This document shows, piece after piece, positions 59,096 to 64,000 of a stretch of 64,000 nucleotides of DNA. The notes beneath the pieces were generated by a model, which ran no database searches, was not told the origin of the DNA, and worked only from the letters and a program-made list of their open reading frames with translations. The translations under genes and the position numbers were made by a program. Source of the stretch: Chrysomallon squamiferum (Eukaryota; Animalia; Mollusca); the NCBI GenBank assembly GCA_012295275.1, contig CM022678.1:16554001-16618000 (forward strand). Reading direction: 5' to 3'. Numbering within the stretch: the stretch's first letter is position 1; each line of letters begins with the position of its first letter.

Positions 59096-60189
59096 ATCTA
59101 TTTCTTATATATTAATACTTTCTCCACTGACTGTTTAATTTCATATATTTTCTAGTCCCTTAATGATTTTACATCATTCACTGCGTTTTAACTCGAATCT
59201 TTCGTTTGACTGAGGAAAACACTTTTCATTTTACGTTTGCAGTTCTCTTACATTCCAAAAGATTTATTCGCATATAATTATTTGTATTTATATTATTATG
59301 ATATAATTTCTATTCTGCTTTTACAATTAGTTATTTCATCAAGACAAAATCTCTTTTTTTGTTTCTGTCACTGCTTGTTCGCTGGTTGTAGTTTGCGTCA
59401 TTAAACACTAAACGTCCACCAGATCTTCTCTCTCGCCAACATTCTCAGAGACTGATGTTTGTATAGCACTTCTTGTGCGATTTGTGTTACGTTTGTTCTT
59501 TTAACCTTTACTTTTCAATTTACCATTATTATTATTATAATTATTATTATTATTATTATTATAATTATTATTATTATTATTATTATCATTATTATTATTA
59601 TTAATTTCTTTTTAAATTAAAAAGAATGTTTTTTATTTTTTTATTTATAATGTTTGTACAAAAAGAAATCAGACATCAATACTTTACATTCGCAATTGTT
59701 CTCTAGTTGAACAGTCACTTGATTTTGCTTGTCTGTAAGTGAAATATTTTATCTATAAATGGTTGTGTCTTTATTTTTTAATCCATATCCTTTTTTTTTG
59801 TTGTTTCTTTAATTTTTTTTTTTTTTATTATTATCTTCATAAAGTGACAGCTTTAGTATATCTTCGTAGTATATAACTGGGAGGAACATTTTATGATTTC
59901 ATGCTTTTCTTTCTTAGTAAACCATGCTACTACTGCTAGCTTATGACAAAAATTATAAACTGGAAACCTAAATATCTAAGAACTGTAGGAAAAAACGACT
60001 GGTGTAAGTAATAAGGAAGTAATGGTCATTATATTTAAACTTTTAGTTTCAAAACTCATACAATAAAGTGGTCTTTAATCATACGTCTTACTTCTGAAGT
60101 TTTTTCCAGTCGTCTGCTGCAACTGAACATTTTAATTACAGCTGTGGAGTTTATTTCTTAATTCATTATAAAATGACGACTACATATAT

Positions 60190-61309
60190 TATAATAAACA
60201 GTAGAAGTATTCTAGTACGGTAGAAATCAAAGCTGTGGTTGTAGTACTAATAGTACCACTAGCAGTTTTTGCACTAGTAGTATTTTATATTTTTCATATA
60301 GTCTTTCTTATTATCACTTACATTAATGATCTGTTTCTGTGAGATTAAACTTATATTTGCTCTTTGCAGCGTGCAATTCTTATAATGTTTCGTAACTGAC
60401 ATCGTGTTGCAATACGTCTGGGCGATAATACAGAAATAGTTTTTTTTGACGTTATCTCTTCTGTAACATCAGGGTCTTTGTCGAATGTTGTTTGTGTTCA
60501 CTATGGAGTTTGCATCTGAAATTAAAGTGACGTGTGACGACGTACTAAACTGTTATCACTATTCAGTTTTTCCATGCTTTCACAGATTTACTCTTAGTGT
60601 CCAATTCTGTTGAGTATTTTTGTAAAAAATAGAAATGAACTGTATTAGAAATTATTTCCGTAAATTATTCTCACTGAATAACTATTTCTGTAAATATAAA
60701 TTCCAGTTAGAAACAATAAATATCTGTGATTATTTTTCTGAATGATGCAATCCTTGCGACGAATTTATAAATTCTGCTCTTTTTATGTCTGACTTGTTCA
60801 AAGTTCTTTGTTCCTACGTTTGAAAAGAAAAACAAATACTGATTTTATATAAAGACGATCTAATCTAGATAGTTTTCTCTTTCTTTCATTTTTTTTCTTG
60901 ATATTATCATCATTAATAGTAGTAGTAGCAGCAGTATTGCAATTCTTTTTATTATTATTATTTTTTAGGTTGATGTGTTGTAATTTTTTGAGGATATTGT
61001 TTTCCTATTGGAAACAAAAAATGATTGTAAAATATTCTGTAGTGGTCCAATATGTATGAGCACATTGCATATTTTTATATATTTTTTTATGGATTATTTT
61101 GCTTCCATTTGTTATTCTGAAATTCATTAGAACTCTGCTATTATAATGTATATTGCCCAGTATGAACAATATTTATTTCTTCTGTAGTTTAATTCCCTGT
61201 AATGCAAAGTTAACTTGCTTCCGATACTTCTGATAAGGGTTCAATATATTCTTTCAGTAATCATTTCTGTAATAATAATTTGTTTCTAAATTTCTAAATG
61301 TATATTACC

Positions 61310-61373
<64 letters not shown>

Positions 61374-62376
61374 CAGGAAAACAGATATCAGTTATAATAT
61401 TTTTTTCTGATTTCAGTTGTTTTTCGTTTTCACTGTATAAGCAAATCTCCTCATCTTTCAGCTACAAAACAGAACAAATTAATTGCAGTTTGTCTGCTAC
61501 TGAATGAGAATATTAGATTATTGTATGATTCTCAGATTCTCAGGTTTCTGTATATTCGCCAAATTCGTTTTCTTTTCCATGGTTTTCGTCCTTGAAAACT
61601 AGACAACGTGATTATGGAGTGTCATACATGAGTATTTTGTTTTATTATATGTTTATCTACTTACATTTTCTCTTGCTTGTTACTAAGACTCATTCAGATT
61701 ATGTAGATTGCAATTTCTGTTCCATTGAATGAAAGACGACTATTGTCTATGAAACAGGGAATAAGTCAATGATGATTGTTATCTTTGTTTTTAATAAACA
61801 ATAATATCTTGTAATCAGTCTCTTTATCACAGGTCGTGGCATTTTTTTTTTTTTTTTTTTTTTTTTTTGTGGTTTTTGTCTTTGTTATTTTTTTGTTTTT
61901 TACCTCTTACACAATTTTAATAAAACAACTATGAACACTGATTTTTTTTTTTTTATACTAAGGTTTAACCAAGTTATGGTTTAATCATCATTCTGTATAT
62001 CAATATAACATTTAAATTTGTACTATTTTTAAATTATTATTTTGTTTTGTTATTTTTCTCAAGTTAAGCAATTAATTACCTTGTGTTTATTTATTTATTA
62101 TTATTATTTTTATTATTATTTTATACTTCTTGCTTATTATAAGCTATATTAATTATCGCTTTCTGTCAGATTTAGTATACTCTTTGCTGTATACAATTCT
62201 TAAAATGGTTCATTGATGATTTGGTCGTCAGTAAGTCTGCATGAATACAAAGAAAGGGTTTAATTTTATGTTGCTGCTTCATGTTCAAGTTTTCTTGTCG
62301 TTGTTCTTCTTAATCTTATTGCGATTGTTTGCATCTTCAAGTTGCCCTTTCATCACCATTTTGTAAATCTAAGGAA

Positions 62377-62410
<34 letters not shown>

Positions 62411-63835
62411 TAAATTTTGTTTGTTATATTCTGCATTTAATCATTTAATTACTTCCGATATTCTTTACAATCGTGCAGTTCAAATGTTAAGTAGACATTT
62501 GGCTGTGCAGTCGTTTTTGTTCTCACTTTTGTAATTCATTTTAAGTAGATAATTGAATACACAAAAATACATCTGTAAAATAATATTTTCTTAAAAGTTT
62601 TATCTATCAATACTAATAATTTTGTTTTATCTCTATCAAAACAGAAAACTCCTAAAGAATTGACGTTTCGAAAGATAAATGTAAATACTAATACACTATT
62701 TTGAAATAAACGTTTCTTTTTAATGTTCAGTAATCTGTGAAGAATTATTGTGAAATTATTTATAAAATTAATACTGAATATAGGTATAATATGTAGTAGC
62801 AATACTCATAGAAGTAGTAATAACTTTAGTAAGAACGGTGGTAGGTTAATAGTACTAGTAGATTTCTCAATTTACATTATTTTGTGTTTCTTTTATACTT
62901 CTTACTTATTATAAGTTATATTTAATTGTCTCTTTCTGTCAGGTGAAATATATATTTGTTCTTTGCTGTATACAATTCATAAAATTGTTTAACGATTTCG
63001 TATTCGATAAGTGTGGATTATTATTATAAAAATTTTTAATTTGATGTTACTACTCCATGTTCATAACATCAGTTGTTCTTTTTCTTATTATTATGATTTA
63101 TGTCTTGAACATATCCTGGTATCGTAGATAAAACAGGATTCCCGAGAGTTTATTGTTTTATTATATCTTACTCTTGTTTGTATCGAACAGAGACAGAGCT
63201 TATTATTTTTCAACACATTGTTAATTTTTCAACTAGTTGATTTTTTTTGGTTGTTGTAGAAATTCTGAGATTTTTCTACACATATCTGTTTTCATCTTAC
63301 ACCTTAAATATATTTTCCTTTCATTTTTTACTTTGTCGAAAAACAAGAATTACAATGTTTTATTTAATCATTTTCAGGCTTTATGAGTCTCGATATAGTT
63401 TACAATATTCAATAATTTTTAATTTTTTTTTATTTTGCTTATTTCTTTTCTCTGTAATTATTTCTAAAACTAGTAAATGTGGATCTTTTTAATATTAAAA
63501 ATTCTTTTCAGAAAATAAAAGGACATTGCTCCTTTATCTCGCTTGAATCTTGCATGAATCAAAATAACCTCGTTTTCTGTAAATAAGAAAACACTTCTTA
63601 GTTAAAAACAGGGTTTATGTTATTATATTCTGATAGAAATAATCGTTGCAAAAAGTTTGTAATTTCTTCAGGTTTACATCTACACCTGGCGGTCTCAGGT
63701 CTTCTCACTGTGTCAAGATAACTCTTTCTGTAGATTACTGTCACTGAAAAACTATTTGTTTAAATACGAAAAAGGTTTCTAACAGAAACAATCGCTTTCT
63801 GATTATTTTCAAAAGTAATCCGTGCAACGATAACT
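60190..63835. repeat. Mosaic of old dispersed duplications
   Basis: Block CTTATTAT…TTTCTGT(C/G)AG…TCTTTGC…CAATTC at ~60305, ~62130 and ~62905; block TCACTGAA(T/A)AACTATTT…AGAAACAAT…GATTATTTT…AATCC at ~60655-60765 and ~63725-63832. Confidence 0.8.
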
Positions 63836-63932
63836 ATTTTTTTAATTTTTTTTTTTTTCACTTTTTTCAGGTTTATGTATATTAAAAAAAAAAATGCTAT
63901 TACACAATAATTATGTGAAAGATAATCTGTAT

Positions 63933-63975
<43 letters not shown>

Positions 63976-64000
63976 TTGTTTTTTCTGTTTCTCTTAATAA

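Larger units (their letters stand above)
56917..59115 (+). ncRNA. Candidate terminal exon (long 3' UTR or lncRNA body)
   Basis: Strong acceptor at 56916; ~2.2 kb almost free of the microsatellites that fill the rest of the window; TGTA-rich; ends at TGTAATAAA followed by T-rich sequence. The 3' end is approximate. Confidence 0.45.

Noticed and set aside
61769-62240. C-box-like TGATGA motifs suggesting intronic snoRNAs
   Set aside because: No properly spaced CTGA D-box with a terminal stem, and no recognisable rRNA antisense element.

Overview
AT-rich, microsatellite-dense eukaryotic (invertebrate) genomic DNA. Degraded tRNA-headed SINE fragments with a Meta/MESC-like core (recognised from memory, not by search) point to a mollusc, possibly a gastropod. 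No recognisable conserved protein-coding gene, rRNA, intact tRNA or CRISPR array is present, and nearly all ORFs in the supplied track are translations of (CT)n/(GA)n/(CA)n/(TAC)n/(TA)n repeats. The unique islands between repeats carry many transcription-factor motifs: seven TCACGTGA E-boxes, PAR-bZIP D-boxes (including a minisatellite built from them), ROREs, CREs, CCAAT boxes and a convergent CTCF-like pair. Splice signals suggest a long, multi-promoter, mostly non-coding + strand transcript. It would end in a duplicated exon with a near-perfect complement to miR-981 (MIR-76 family), a spliced 54-codon ORF, and a ~2.1 kb terminal exon made of an old TGTA-rich tandem array followed by AATAAA at 59090. 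The gene model is inferred from sequence signals only and needs RNA-seq.
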